From Gammaproteobacteria bacterium (lineage in GTDB: Bacteria; Pseudomonadota; Gammaproteobacteria; Ga0077536), in assembly GCA_963662545.2 (NCBI GenBank), contig CAXXLL010000003.1:2880001-2944000 (forward strand): a stretch of 64,000 bases of DNA, in the 5' to 3' direction. Below, piece after piece: positions 1 to 10,822 of this stretch. Each line of letters opens with the position of its first letter. Within the stretch, counting starts at the first letter, position 1. A program made the translations under genes and the position numbers. The notes below the pieces were generated by a model that was given only the letters and a program-made list of their open reading frames with translations, did no database searches and had not been told where the DNA came from.

Positions 1-2
1 AG

Positions 3-173
3 TGGGACTCAGCAGGCAAGATGGCCCGGTCGCAAGGTGCCGAGGGCGATGCCAGCAACAGCAAGGCGCCCTGCACCTTTAGCTTCCACAGTGCGTTCGA
101 AGATCCAGCGACACCACCCGATGCCGCCGATCGATGGAGCATTGAAGTACGCTGCGTGGTCCTCTACGACTGA
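3..173 (+). CDS. 3' end of CmcJ/NvfI (AsaB-like) oxidoreductase, partial at window edge
   Basis: Frame 3 reads ...FHSAFEDPATPPDAADRWSIEVRCVVLYD*, resembling the family C-terminal HxAF...RxSIEVR motif. Confidence 0.6.
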   Translation, partial: WDSAGKMARSQGAEGDASNSKAPCTFSFHSAFEDPATPPDAADRWSIEVRCVVLYD

Positions 174-234
174 GTCGCGGTGCACACCCCTGGGGGAAAG
201 GGGTTTCTTACAAAGGGGATTGCCCCCTTATTCG

Positions 235-615
235 TTACTCGTCCCCGGTGAGGAGCTTATCCAGGCCCGCGAAGGGCTGGTGAGTCGCGCCGTCGGGGTC
301 GCCCTTGCGCGACGAATCAACTGCGCCCTGTTGTTCTACCAAGCGCGCATGCTCGTTGTCGTGGCAGTATAGACACAGCAATTCCCAGTTACTGCCGTCG
401 GGCGGATTATTGTCGTGATCGTGATCGCGGTGATGGACGGTCAACTCGTGCAGGTTTGCACGCGTGAATTCACGCGAACAACGCCCGCAGATCCACGGAT
501 ACATCTTGAGCGCCTGCTCACGGTAGCCCTGGTCGCGCTGGTCTCGGTTACGTCGGGCTTCTGCGACGATCTGATCGAGCTTTTTCTCGTCGATATCGCG
601 TGGTGAGGGAGGCAT
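235..615 (-). CDS. yajD: YajD-family HNH nuclease
   Basis: GYREQALKMYPWICGRC...LTVHHRDHDHDNNPPDGSNWELLCLYCHDNEH. Confidence 0.85.
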   Translation of the reverse strand: MPPSPRDIDEKKLDQIVAEARRNRDQRDQGYREQALKMYPWICGRCSREFTRANLHELTVHHRDHDHDNNPPDGSNWELLCLYCHDNEHARLVEQQGAVDSSRKGDPDGATHQPFAGLDKLLTGDE

Positions 616-645
616 CGATATAGCGCGGTGCGCGGCGCGCGGAGT

Positions 646-1242
646 TCAGGCGATGAGCCGCTCGAGTTCGGAGAAGCTCTGCGCGAGTCCGTCGCTGACG
701 TTGATGTCTTCGCCCAACTGGCGACCGATCTGCGTCGCGGAAAATATTCCGCAGGCATGGAAGGCGCCATTTTCGGCGCCAGCTTCGACGACGAGCGCGT
801 GTTGTTTGTGCGACTCGATCAAGTGCATCACGATGTCGCTGACCGAGGCATGCTCAACGTCGCTTATACTGAGCGGACGGACGTCGCCGCTGCGCGTCAT
901 AATCTGCTGAACGGTGACGGCGTCGCGGTGTATGCGGTCGTCATTGGCCACACGCAGTGGCTTTTCGCCCATCACGTCCTGCGCCGATACCAGGCCGACG
1001 ATCACACCTGCTTTGTCGATGGCGATCAACAGCCGTACTTTCGCATTGATCATGACCATTAGTGCCGCGTTGAGCGGCGTCTCCGGATTGATCGTGATGA
1101 CACGCACCTTTCTCAGATCCGTCATTACGGCAAGGGCCGGGGATGCCGCGGTCACCTTGTCCGCCCGCACACGGGGTGGCTGAAGAATTCGGGCGTCGCT
1201 CGGGAGTTCGAGCGGTTTCAAGGTATGCATGAAAGTCGTCAT
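646..1242 (-). CDS. CBS domain protein
   Basis: Paired CBS-like segments (VMTDL...IVGLVSAQDVM; IMT...GIFSATQI); GGAGG RBS. Confidence 0.8.
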   Translation of the reverse strand: MTTFMHTLKPLELPSDARILQPPRVRADKVTAASPALAVMTDLRKVRVITINPETPLNAALMVMINAKVRLLIAIDKAGVIVGLVSAQDVMGEKPLRVANDDRIHRDAVTVQQIMTRSGDVRPLSISDVEHASVSDIVMHLIESHKQHALVVEAGAENGAFHACGIFSATQIGRQLGEDINVSDGLAQSFSELERLIA

Positions 1243-1322
1243 GGCGCCCTCCTTTCCTGAACGTAATTATCCCCTTAACACGTCATCACTCATGCCCTAA
1301 TATAGGGGCATAGGAGAAGGCG

Positions 1323-2189
1323 ATGACGACATTCTACGAATTTCAAAAGCAGTTCCCGGACGATGAGGCGTGCTTGCATCACATGATGACCGCGCGCTAC
1401 GGCGGTACAGAGTTCGACTGCCCGAAGTGCGGGCAGCACAGCAAGTTCTATCGCCTGAAACGCGACCGAGCCTATCTGTGCCAGCACTGCAAGCATCATA
1501 TCTACCCCTGCGCCGGAACGCTCATGCACCGCAGTCGCACCCCGCTCCATAAGTGGTTTTATGCGATGCACTTGTTCTCTGTCTCTCGTCACGGGGTGGC
1601 AGCGAAGGAATTGGAGCGTCAGCTTGGTGTGACTTACAAGTGTGCGTGGCGCATGGCGCACCAGATCCGCAAGTATATGGCCGATACGGACGGCGAGTGG
1701 CCGTTGGGCGGACCTGGAGGCGGCGATATTGAGGCGGATGAGACGTATGTGGGCGGTAAGAGATCTGGCGGCAAACGCGGACGCGGCGCTCCCGGTAAAA
1801 CTGTTGTGTTCGGTATGCTTGAACGTGGCGGCGATGTGATGACGAAGGTCGTTCCGAACGTGCGTAAAAAGACCCTTCAGCCCATCATCAAGGCGAACGT
1901 CAAAGCGGGCAGCACGGTTCATACCGACGAACTGAAGTCCTATAGCGGGCTGTCTCGGGCCGGATACGAGCATGAGACGGTTAATCACGGCGCGGGTGAA
2001 TATGTGAGCGGTGCGTGCCACGTCAACGGCATGGAAGGCTACTGGGCACGCCTCAAGCTTTCGATCCGCGGGACGCACGTCCACGTTTCCGGGAAGCACC
2101 TTCAGAAATACGCGAAGGAGTTTGAGTACCGCTATAACCGCCGGAATCGGCCTGACGCGATTTTCGGTGATCTGGTGGCAAACCTCTGA
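1323..2189 (+). CDS. IS1595-family transposase
   Basis: Zn ribbon CPKC...CQHC, EADETYVGG, VHTDE, HVNGMEGYW, EFEYRYNRR. Confidence 0.95.
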   Translation: MTTFYEFQKQFPDDEACLHHMMTARYGGTEFDCPKCGQHSKFYRLKRDRAYLCQHCKHHIYPCAGTLMHRSRTPLHKWFYAMHLFSVSRHGVAAKELERQLGVTYKCAWRMAHQIRKYMADTDGEWPLGGPGGGDIEADETYVGGKRSGGKRGRGAPGKTVVFGMLERGGDVMTKVVPNVRKKTLQPIIKANVKAGSTVHTDELKSYSGLSRAGYEHETVNHGAGEYVSGACHVNGMEGYWARLKLSIRGTHVHVSGKHLQKYAKEFEYRYNRRNRPDAIFGDLVANL

Positions 2190-2280
2190 CCGCGGCATCA
2201 AGCAACACCTCGAAGCGTTGGGCTGCGTAGGGGTGCGGGTCTTCAACATCTCGCGGATTCATAGGCTTGTATACGCTCAT
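2053..2280 (-). CDS. small hypothetical protein inside IS1595, convergent with and overlapping the transposase 3' end
   Basis: GGAGG RBS just upstream of ATG; follows the passenger gene on the same strand. Confidence 0.45.
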   Translation of the reverse strand: MSVYKPMNPRDVEDPHPYAAQRFEVLLDAAVRGLPPDHRKSRQADSGGYSGTQTPSRISEGASRKRGRASRGSKA

Positions 2281-2308
2281 ATCGCCTCCAGAAATGGTAT
2301 GTAATTAC

Positions 2309-3034
2309 TCAAGAAAATTCTTCTTCTAACGTTTCAAGCGCATCAAATATTTGGCCCGGCACATGATCATTTGCATTTGCAAAGCCTTCTTCCAACGCGT
2401 CTTCCGCCAAATCCCACAACGAATCTACTTCATCCGGGTTGTTACTTGGCAGGTGGAGCTTTCCTGACAGGCGGCGCTTCTTTAAAGCTTGCGCCGCGAA
2501 AACATCCATTTCAGATGTTCTGTGCTGGGCATTTTTAAAATCCTTGTAAAATGCTTCAATTTCTTCTGTTGTCGAGGCATTCATAATGGCCCGGACAACT
2601 CGCCAGCCGTTGCCGGGATTTTTTCGCGCGACTCTTTTATCGGCCCATATTTGCCAGAATCTTCGAATGCGAAACCAGATGGACGGAGGTTTAGCGGTTC
2701 CTGTCGCGGGCAGCGTCGTGATGTGAGCCACTATTGGCTGTGCTTTGCCAGTACTACGTAGCTTCTGTTGGCGAATGCTAAATTCACAAACAATCCCTAA
2801 TAGGAGGACGAGCCCGATAATGGTCCACCAATACCAAGGCAAAAAGCCGCCAGTCATGATTGCCACGTCGTAGACAGTGGGCAATTTATCCGCCAATTCC
2901 TTCGATAAAAATTGAGCGCCAAAGAGGTCCCAACCAGAGGCAAGGAAGTATAACCACAGGACGACTTTTGCTGCCGGACGACCAAGCGCAAGACGGCGCC
3001 ACCGATCTTCAAACCATTGGCGCGGCTGCAGCAT
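2309..3034 (-). CDS. hypothetical membrane protein (IS1595 passenger)
   Basis: 241-aa ORF with two hydrophobic N-terminal segments; visibly AT-richer than its flanks. Confidence 0.6.
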   Translation of the reverse strand: MLQPRQWFEDRWRRLALGRPAAKVVLWLYFLASGWDLFGAQFLSKELADKLPTVYDVAIMTGGFLPWYWWTIIGLVLLLGIVCEFSIRQQKLRSTGKAQPIVAHITTLPATGTAKPPSIWFRIRRFWQIWADKRVARKNPGNGWRVVRAIMNASTTEEIEAFYKDFKNAQHRTSEMDVFAAQALKKRRLSGKLHLPSNNPDEVDSLWDLAEDALEEGFANANDHVPGQIFDALETLEEEFS

Positions 3035-3243
3035 CCATACAGCATGCCCGTTAGGTTATGACGTGTCAATCACGTTCCTGAATGGTATGGCCGGGAGGTG
3101 TTGTAATCCAAGTGTAGACGCAAATAATGTGTCACGGACCGCCGAGCAACTGCCGTCCATTTATTTTCATGCCCAATCATGGGCAGACAAACCTATGATT
3201 ATCCAAATGTTTTACAGTTCCTGATCGTGAAAGCGAGGATTAA

Positions 3244-4680
3244 ATGAGCAACAGTGACGGCGCTTTGGGGGATCTCGACGCCACGGCGCTGGCCGCACTC
3301 GTTCGCAAGCGGGAGGTCAGCGCGCTCGAACTCGTTGACGACGCCATCCGCCGCTGCGCGCAGGTCAACGATACGCTCAACGCCGTGGTTACCGACATGT
3401 TCGACCGCGCGCGCGCAGAGGCGCGTGCGCCCCTGGGTGATGGACCGTTCGCGGGTGTTCCATTCCTGATGAAGGATTTCGGCGCCGAAGTTGCGGGCGT
3501 CCGGTTCACCGAGGGCAGTGCCTTTCTCGAGAACTATATCCCGGACGTCGACGCCGAACTCTACAAGCGTTTCCGGCGCGCCGGCCTCATCACCATCGGC
3601 AAGACCAACCTGCCCGAGTTGGCCATCGGCGTGACGACGGAATCGAAGTTTCTGGGCCCAGCGTGCAACCCCTGGGATCCGACGCGCACGACCGGCGGCT
3701 CCAGCGGCGGTGCCGGCGCGGCGGTGGCGGCCCGTATCGTACCGATGGCGCACGGCAACGACGTCGGCGGATCAATTCGCATCCCGGCCTCCTGCTGCGG
3801 GCTGGTCGGTCTCAAACCGACGCGTGGACGCACCACGCTTGCACCGCATTACGGCGATCTTCTCGCCGGCTATTTCGTCGAACATGCATTGACTCGAAGT
3901 GTGCGCGATTCGGCCATGCTGCTGGATGCAACACACGGGCCGGCCGTCGGCGATCCCTACGTGGCGCCGCCGCCGGCACGTCCATACGCCGAGGAGGTGG
4001 GGGCCGATCCGGGGTGCCTGAAGATCGGCTTTTCAACTGCAACGCCGCTTGGCGACGCGCTCGATCCGGAATGCGTCAAAGCCGTCCGCGAAACGGCGGC
4101 CTTGTGCGAATCGCTCGGCCACGAAGTCATCGAGGCGCGTCCGAGCTTCGACGCGATGGCCTTGTGGACCCAATTCACGACGCTTCTTGCTTGTGCTGTG
4201 GCTTGGGCGGTGGCGGACTGGGCGCGCCGCATCGATCGCGAGCCGGCGCCCGAGCATTTCGATCCCTTTGTGTGGGCCTTCTCCGAGCGTGGCCGCGCAC
4301 TGAGCGCGGCCGACTACCTGCTCGCCATGCAGGACGTACAAGTGCAGGTGCGTGCATTCTGCGAATTTTTCGAAGACTTCGATTTGTCCTTGACGACGAC
4401 GCTGGGTGCGCCGCCGGTGCCGCTCGGCACCCTGGTCTACGACGGCGATCCCTTAGAATTCAGGCGGCGCAGCGCGCGCTTCTCGCCCTTTACCTACATC
4501 ACCAACGCAACCGGGCAGCCGGCGATATCGTTGCCGCTGCACTGGACGCCAGAGGACCTGCCTGTCGGCCTGCATTTCGTCGGGCGGTATGGCGACGAGG
4601 GGACGCTCATCCGCCTCGCGGCGCAACTCGAATCCGCCAAGCCGTGGAACGACCGGCGGCCGCAGGTGTGCGCGGTGTAG
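3244..4680 (+). CDS. amidase signature family protein
   Basis: [34 protein letters not shown]. Confidence 0.95.
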   Translation: MSNSDGALGDLDATALAALVRKREVSALELVDDAIRRCAQVNDTLNAVVTDMFDRARAEARAPLGDGPFAGVPFLMKDFGAEVAGVRFTEGSAFLENYIPDVDAELYKRFRRAGLITIGKTNLPELAIGVTTESKFLGPACNPWDPTRTTGGSSGGAGAAVAARIVPMAHGNDVGGSIRIPASCCGLVGLKPTRGRTTLAPHYGDLLAGYFVEHALTRSVRDSAMLLDATHGPAVGDPYVAPPPARPYAEEVGADPGCLKIGFSTATPLGDALDPECVKAVRETAALCESLGHEVIEARPSFDAMALWTQFTTLLACAVAWAVADWARRIDREPAPEHFDPFVWAFSERGRALSAADYLLAMQDVQVQVRAFCEFFEDFDLSLTTTLGAPPVPLGTLVYDGDPLEFRRRSARFSPFTYITNATGQPAISLPLHWTPEDLPVGLHFVGRYGDEGTLIRLAAQLESAKPWNDRRPQVCAV

Positions 4681-4707
4681 CAAACCTTTGTGGACGATAG
4701 GCTCGTC

Positions 4708-6003
4708 CTAGTCTGGATCGTCGGCTCGCGCGAGATCCGCTTCGAGGTATTTGCCGCCTGCGTAGAAATGAAACGCGGTCCAAAGGCCCATCCCACCGAA
4801 TATGAAGAGACTCCAGCGCAGTGAATCCGGTCCGAAGCGTGGCGCGAGGAAGTCGCTTAACGCGCCTACCGCCCACGGCCCCGCGCCGAGGCCGATGATG
4901 TTGATGATGAACAAGAGGATCGCCGCGGCCACGCCACGCATGCGCAGCTGAACGAGGCTCTGGACCTGGGCGAAGGTCGTTGCTTGCCAGAAATTGGATA
5001 ACAGGATCGGAATCGAAAACAGGATGAGTGCCCAGTACGGATTATCCAGCAGGTAGACGACCGCGCCGAAGGGTAAGGCGATCAGCGCCGCTAGCGAAGC
5101 CGTCCACAAGTACCAGCGCGTGTCATTCGCGCCGAACTTGTCGGCCACGTACCCGCCGAGAAAGATACCCGCACCGCCGGGGATCCCCAAGATTAGACCG
5201 AGCCAGAGACCGATTTCGCCGGTCTTCATCTCGTGCGAACGGATCAGAAAAGTCGGAAACCAGCTGATCACGCCGTAGCCGACGAAGGCAGCCAGGGCGC
5301 CGGCGAAAGAGATGTGCAGGAACGAACGCCGTTTCGCAAGGAAACGAAAGGTTTCGAGGATGTTGGGACGATGATCGTCCGCGACGCGATTCTCCGATTG
5401 ACCGCGAACCGGTTCGGGCATTGTGAACCTGACTACGAGTGCCAGCACCATGCCCGGCAGCCCCACCACGAAGAAGGCCTGCCGCCAGCCGAAGGCTTCA
5501 TTGATCCAGCCGCCGGCAAAGAGGCCGAACATGATGCCGAAAGGAATGCCGAGCGAGTAAATGCCTAGCGCGGTGGCGCGCTCGTTCGGCGAATAGTAAT
5601 CAGAGATCAGTGAGTGCGCCGGCGGACTGCATCCGGCTTCGCCAATCCCAACCCCGATCCGCGCCAGGGCGAGCTGGGTGAAATTCTGCGCACACCCCGA
5701 CAAAGCGGTCATCGCGCTCCACAACACGAGGGCCAAGCTGATCAGGTTACGTCGGTTTCCCCGGTCGGCCCACAGCGCGATCGGAATGCCCAGCACCACG
5801 TAGAAAACGGCAAAAGCGAACCCTACAAGGAAACCCAGTGCCTGGTCGGACAATCCCAAATCGAGTTTTATCGACTCGAGCAGGATCGACAGGATCTGGC
5901 GGTCTATGAAGTTGAAGGTGTAGACGACGACCAGCACGGTCAGGACATAGCGCCGAACCTTGATGCCGGAATCGGGTAATGCATCGCTCGTGACCTGATT
6001 CAT
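4708..6003 (-). CDS. MFS transporter (Spinster-like)
   Basis: FNFIDRQIL, ADRGNRR, ARIGVGIGEA; ~12 TM segments. Confidence 0.92.
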   Translation of the reverse strand: MNQVTSDALPDSGIKVRRYVLTVLVVVYTFNFIDRQILSILLESIKLDLGLSDQALGFLVGFAFAVFYVVLGIPIALWADRGNRRNLISLALVLWSAMTALSGCAQNFTQLALARIGVGIGEAGCSPPAHSLISDYYSPNERATALGIYSLGIPFGIMFGLFAGGWINEAFGWRQAFFVVGLPGMVLALVVRFTMPEPVRGQSENRVADDHRPNILETFRFLAKRRSFLHISFAGALAAFVGYGVISWFPTFLIRSHEMKTGEIGLWLGLILGIPGGAGIFLGGYVADKFGANDTRWYLWTASLAALIALPFGAVVYLLDNPYWALILFSIPILLSNFWQATTFAQVQSLVQLRMRGVAAAILLFIINIIGLGAGPWAVGALSDFLAPRFGPDSLRWSLFIFGGMGLWTAFHFYAGGKYLEADLARADDPD

Positions 6004-6038
6004 AGTTCATCCTTTACGGACCCTGAATATCCAGATGA

Positions 6039-6833
6039 TTAGGGTAAAGCCGCACCGTGCGCGCGTTCCAGGGCCAGCTTCTTCTGATATCCGGATTGAA
6101 TGATATCGACCGCAACGAGGACGGCGATGGCGAAGTAGAACGTCGTTTTGGACATCGGTTCCACGGCGTAGCCGAAAAATTTCAAGTGGGCTTGGTGACC
6201 GCCTTCACCTAGCAACACGATACCGACGATGAGCAGGATGAACAGCCCCAGGACTTCGTACTTGCGGTTCTTCATGAGGAACTCCGATACGTGATCGGCC
6301 AGCAATAGCATCGCGATCCCCGAAGCGAAGATCGCGATGGCGAGAACGAGAAATACCTCGGTGATAGCGAGCGCCGATAAGATCGAATCGAAACTGAAGA
6401 TAAGATTCATGAATATGATCAGTGCCGCGACCGACACGGCCGATTTGGACGCGCTATTTTCACCCTCTTTTTCCAGATGCTCGATGGAGAGCATGTGCGA
6501 GATTTCCTTCACCGCGGTATACATAATGAACACACCGCCTACGAGAAACACGAGCGTGGCGAAATTGAAACTGCCCTCGATCACACCTTTCACATCGAGG
6601 TGGAAAAAGGGATCGGTCAGAGTACCGATCAGCTTGATCATCACGAACAGTAACAGGATGCGGAGCGCAATGGCGATCAGTATGCCCCAGCGCCGGACCG
6701 CAGCCTGGTATTGTTCCGGCGCCCGTTTCGATTCGATGGAAATATAGAGCAGGTTGTCGAACCCAAGAACGGCTTGCAGGAAGATCAGGACGCCCAGATT
6801 AGCCAGGTTTTCGATCGTGAACAGTTCGGTCAT
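6039..6833 (-). CDS. TerC-family membrane protein
   Basis: AVLGFDNLLYI and FSFDSILSA motifs. Confidence 0.88.
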   Translation of the reverse strand: MTELFTIENLANLGVLIFLQAVLGFDNLLYISIESKRAPEQYQAAVRRWGILIAIALRILLLFVMIKLIGTLTDPFFHLDVKGVIEGSFNFATLVFLVGGVFIMYTAVKEISHMLSIEHLEKEGENSASKSAVSVAALIIFMNLIFSFDSILSALAITEVFLVLAIAIFASGIAMLLLADHVSEFLMKNRKYEVLGLFILLIVGIVLLGEGGHQAHLKFFGYAVEPMSKTTFYFAIAVLVAVDIIQSGYQKKLALERAHGAALP

Positions 6834-7020
6834 GGCGAATCGTCTCCGTGTTTAACGTGGCAGGGAATGAGCGGCCGTCATGTCGGGTGCCGCAACGGAA
6901 AAGTGGCTATAGCGCCTTCCTGCACGGTGTGGTGCGCCGCCCGTCGGAGGGGCGCCGCCGGTATGGTTCTCGAAAAATGAAGGTCCACCGCCACCACGGG
7001 ATGGTGCGCCGGTCGGTTGA

Positions 7021-7380
7021 CTAAAACGGCACGTCGTCGTCGAACAACGGCGGTTCCTCAGGTGGAGGGGGTTCGTCGCCAGCAGAACTCGGCGCACCGA
7101 TGCGTGCGATGGTCCGAACGTCGAGACCGTTGAAATACTTCACGTCGCCGTTGGGGCTGTTCCACTCGCGGCCGCGTAGATTGAATTCGACGCGCACGTC
7201 CTCGTCGACCTTGAATCCTTCGATGTCCCCGCAACGGTCCCCGGTCAGCTCGAACAGAACGAATTGCGGATAATTGGGATTTTCGGCGAGTTCGAGCACG
7301 AACTCCCGTTTCTGAAATCGTTCGGTGATCTGCTTGGTCTCGAAGATGGCGTGGAGCCGGCCGCTGGCTTGAATTCCCAT
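7021..7380 (-). CDS. DUF3127 / SSB-like OB-fold protein
   Basis: FQKREFVL, YPQFVLFEL, FNLRGREW; acidic tail DDDVPF. Confidence 0.8.
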   Translation of the reverse strand: MGIQASGRLHAIFETKQITERFQKREFVLELAENPNYPQFVLFELTGDRCGDIEGFKVDEDVRVEFNLRGREWNSPNGDVKYFNGLDVRTIARIGAPSSAGDEPPPPEEPPLFDDDVPF

Positions 7381-7570
7381 GAGCCGCAGCATAGTAGGAT
7401 TGGGCTGGAAAGCAAAATGTGATCACCCGGCGGCAGAGCCCGTGACGGTTCGGGTTGAATCGGCGCGGCCACGGCGATCCGGATAAAGCAATGCCCGCTT
7501 CTATAGAGGCAGTCCGAACGAACGATGGGATTACAATGAGTTCACCTTGGTCTAACGAATCGGATTCGAT

Positions 7571-8926
7571 ATGTTGCATTTGATCAGGTTGGTCTGCGCG
7601 CTGTTCATCACCTCGGTGTTGGTGACGGCCACCGCGGACGAATCCCCGCTGCGGGACGCCATCAGCGCGGACTACGACTATCTCGCAGGCTTGTTCGAAC
7701 ACTTTCATCGCCATCCCGAATTGTCTTACCGGGAAGAAAAAACGGCTCGCCGTCTAGCGCGAGAACTGCGGGACGCGGGCGTTGAAGTGACCGAAGGCGT
7801 CGGTGGGACCGGGCTGGTGGGTATCATGAAGAACGGCGCGGGACCGGTCGTCATGCTGCGCGCCGATATGGATGGCCTCCCGATCGAAGAAAAGTCCGGC
7901 CTGTCCTATGGTTCGACGGCGCGACAGACGGATGTCGACGGCAGGGAATTCCCGGTGATGCACGCGTGTGGACATGATGTGCACATGACGGTGCTGGTCG
8001 GAACCGCGCGGCGGTTGCAGGCGATGCGGGACGATTGGCGGGGTACGATCGTGCTCGTCGGTCAACCCGCGGAAGAACGCATCGGAGGCGCGGCCAGGAT
8101 GCTGGAAGACGGCTTGTATCAACGTTTCCCACGCCCCGATTATGCGCTCGCGATGCACGTATCGAGCTCGCTGGAGACCGGAAAATTCCGGCTCGATCCG
8201 GGTATCGCGTTTTCGAGTTCCGACAGCATCGACCTCATCGTGCATGGCGTGGGCAGCCACGGTGCCTCTCCCCACCTGGGGAAAGACCCCGTTGTCATCG
8301 CCTCGCAGATCGTGCTCGCCCTGCAGACTCTGGTCGCGCGGGAGATCTCCCCGATGGAACCCGGCGTCGTTACAGTAGGCGCCTTCCATGCCGGGACTAA
8401 ACACAACATCATTTCCGATCGCGCGGAATTGCAACTGACCGTTCGTTCCGACCGGCTCGAGACACGTACCCGGCTGCTCGAAGGCATCAAGCGCATTGCG
8501 GAAAACATCGGGCGTGCCGCCGGTCTGCCCGAAGACCGCTTACCCGAGGTGCGCCCCCCGGTCGCCTCGACCTTGCCGACGATCAATGATCCGGAAATGA
8601 CTGGTCGAATACGAGGCGCGCTGATTTCACACTTCGGCGAGGACGCTTTCGTAGTCGAACCTCGCTCCGGAATGGGCGCCGAGGATTTTTCGTATTTCCT
8701 CCGGGTCGAACCGCCCGTACCCGGCGTTTACTTCCGCGTGGGCGGTACGCCCAAGGCCGCGTTCGAGGCCGCGGACGCCGGCGGTCCGCCCGTGCCCCCA
8801 CATCACTCACCCCTGTTCAGGATCGCACCGCGCCCCTCGATCGTGACCGGAGTCGAAGCCATGACGATCTCAGTGCTCGAGCTGCTGGGACGGCCCACTA
8901 GAGCCTTACCTCGAACAAGGAAATGA
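7571..8926 (+). CDS. M20D amidohydrolase with signal peptide
   Basis: HRHPELS, LRADMDGLP, MHACGHD, QPAEE, GAEDF, HHSP. Confidence 0.93.
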   Translation: MLHLIRLVCALFITSVLVTATADESPLRDAISADYDYLAGLFEHFHRHPELSYREEKTARRLARELRDAGVEVTEGVGGTGLVGIMKNGAGPVVMLRADMDGLPIEEKSGLSYGSTARQTDVDGREFPVMHACGHDVHMTVLVGTARRLQAMRDDWRGTIVLVGQPAEERIGGAARMLEDGLYQRFPRPDYALAMHVSSSLETGKFRLDPGIAFSSSDSIDLIVHGVGSHGASPHLGKDPVVIASQIVLALQTLVAREISPMEPGVVTVGAFHAGTKHNIISDRAELQLTVRSDRLETRTRLLEGIKRIAENIGRAAGLPEDRLPEVRPPVASTLPTINDPEMTGRIRGALISHFGEDAFVVEPRSGMGAEDFSYFLRVEPPVPGVYFRVGGTPKAAFEAADAGGPPVPPHHSPLFRIAPRPSIVTGVEAMTISVLELLGRPTRALPRTRK

Positions 8927-9971
8927 AGTCATTACTGCAAGGTAGTTTGCGTACCTCCCCGAAACCCGCCTCGGTGCATAGTTCGCGCACCACCTTTTCC
9001 GGCATTCCCAGGGTCCCCAGACCTTCGCCCTGGTTGGCCAGCGAGGTCGTCATGCAGTAGGTCAGGCTCATGCCGTATTTGAGCGTCGCCTCCGGCCCGC
9101 GATTTTCGTAGCGCTCGTCGGCCGCGGTGATCTCCTGCAGCACGTAGATGCCGCCCGGCTTGAGATGCCGGCGGATGTTTTCGAGCGCCTCGCGCGGCTT
9201 AGCCATGTCGTGGATGACGTCGAAGGTGAAAATGAGATCGAAATCACGCGGTAGCTCTTCGCTCGCGTCAAGGATCTCGAAACGCAGCTGGGCATCGACG
9301 CCCAGCTCACGCGCTTTATCGTTCGCGCCATCGACCTGCGGTGCGAAGGCGTCGTATCCCCAGAAACGGGACTTGGGATAGGCTTCGGCCATCATCATCA
9401 CTGCCGTGCCGCGCCCGCAGCCGACATCGACCGCATCCACGCCGCGCTCGAGCATGGCGACCACGTCCGGCATGTCCGGTAACCAGGTGTCGAGTAGAAA
9501 ATTGCGGTAGCGCAGACCACTCGATCGCTGCATGGACGAGTAGAGTTCCGGCCGAAACGACGATTGCGGTACGCCACCGCCATTTCTGAATGCCTCGACC
9601 AGTTCGTCAAAGGGCGCCATGCTGTAGGTCAACATGGACCACAGCGCGCCCTGGAAGAGAGGACTGGTGTCGTCGGCGAGTGGGCGGGCGTGTTCGGGAG
9701 GGAGCGAGAAGTTCGAAGACTCTGGATCGAATTCCACGTAAGCGGCCGCGGCCATCGCTTCCAGCCATTCGCGCGCATAACGCGCATCGATCCCGGTGCG
9801 CTTCGCGAAAGCGTCAGGGTTGGCCGGCCCGTTTTCGGCCAGATCCTTGAACAAGCCGAGCCGATCGCCGATCGCGCACAAGTGCAGGGTCACGGCGCCG
9901 GCGACGTCGCTGATCACTTTGCCGGTGAATGCTTTGGCGCGAGCCTTGTCGAAGTTCTTGGGTTTGTCCAT
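8898..9971 (-). CDS. class I SAM-dependent methyltransferase (Rv2258c-like)
   Basis: wHTH N-terminus (RYAREWL), VDVGCGRG, FDVIHDM. Confidence 0.9.
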   Translation of the reverse strand: MDKPKNFDKARAKAFTGKVISDVAGAVTLHLCAIGDRLGLFKDLAENGPANPDAFAKRTGIDARYAREWLEAMAAAAYVEFDPESSNFSLPPEHARPLADDTSPLFQGALWSMLTYSMAPFDELVEAFRNGGGVPQSSFRPELYSSMQRSSGLRYRNFLLDTWLPDMPDVVAMLERGVDAVDVGCGRGTAVMMMAEAYPKSRFWGYDAFAPQVDGANDKARELGVDAQLRFEILDASEELPRDFDLIFTFDVIHDMAKPREALENIRRHLKPGGIYVLQEITAADERYENRGPEATLKYGMSLTYCMTTSLANQGEGLGTLGMPEKVVRELCTEAGFGEVRKLPCSNDFISLFEVRL

Positions 9972-9981
9972 TGCGTAAGTC

Positions 9982-10596
9982 CTATTCTACTGGCGCAAGC
10001 TTGGCTTGCATGATGGCAGCGACCTCGCGCTCGTTTTGGTTCTCAGAATTGCCCAGGGCGGCGATCACGCCGAGTTGATCCGCCTCCGAAGTATTCTGAT
10101 TGAACTTGAATTTTCCTTCGATCGATTCTATCGGGATTTCGATGCCGATGATGTGCTGCAGAAGCTTTTCCATAAGGGGTTCGGCCGTCGAAATTTTCCA
10201 GTTCTGATCGTGCTGTGCAACCAACCGCTCGACGATGGGATAGATGTCGGACGGATCCTCCATCACGCGAGCGCGCCCCCTCACGTGAACGGCAGCATAA
10301 GCCCAGGTCGGTACGGTCACGTGCTCGTCGTACCATGATGGTGATAGATAGCAATGCGGTCCCTGAAATATCACGAGCGATTCGCCGAGCGAGTCTAATG
10401 TTTTCCAATGCGTATTGGCGCGCGCAAAATGCGCAATGAGAAGGCCCCTCTCGCCGCGCGCGGCGTCGACCAGAAACGGCAGATGCGTCGCGTCGGGTTT
10501 CGCGCCACCCGTCGCGATAGTGCCGAAATTGTAACGCTCGATGAATCCGAACAGGGTCGCCGGGTCATCGACTCGGAACAGCTCGGGAATATACAT
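9982..10596 (-). CDS. PaiB-like FMN-binding protein
   Basis: MYIP, HFARAN, GPHCYLSPSWY, VPTW, GKFKFNQN. Confidence 0.88.
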   Translation of the reverse strand: MYIPELFRVDDPATLFGFIERYNFGTIATGGAKPDATHLPFLVDAARGERGLLIAHFARANTHWKTLDSLGESLVIFQGPHCYLSPSWYDEHVTVPTWAYAAVHVRGRARVMEDPSDIYPIVERLVAQHDQNWKISTAEPLMEKLLQHIIGIEIPIESIEGKFKFNQNTSEADQLGVIAALGNSENQNEREVAAIMQAKLAPVE

Positions 10597-10822
10597 TGGC
10601 GCGCTCTCCTTGAAGGCGTCGCTCGATCGCATTGGATCGGGCCATTCGACAGGATAGCACCAGGGTTCACACGCTTGGACAGACCTGCAGTAAAGCGCCA
10701 GGTTTACGACTATCGAGCACGAGGAATACTAAGCGGATGCATTTATCTCCCGATCGGATACGCTTGGGGTTTCACGATACACCGGGTCTATCTTTCTCCC
10801 AAATGGGTTTAGGACGTTTGTG

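Larger units (their letters stand above)
1262..3074 (+). mobile_element. IS1595-family element with passenger genes; 8-bp target duplication TTCCTGAA
   Basis: TTCCTGAA at 1254-1261 and 3075-3082; left end CGTAATTATCCCCTTAACACGTCAT, right end (revcomp) CGTGATT--------GACACGTCAT. Confidence 0.8.

Noticed and set aside
1290-2249. 319-aa ORF antisense to the IS1595 transposase
   Set aside because: Shadow frame of a clear transposase; no recognisable motifs
3663-4700. 345-aa alternative-frame ORF in the amidase
   Set aside because: Arg/Ala-rich off-frame translation typical of high GC
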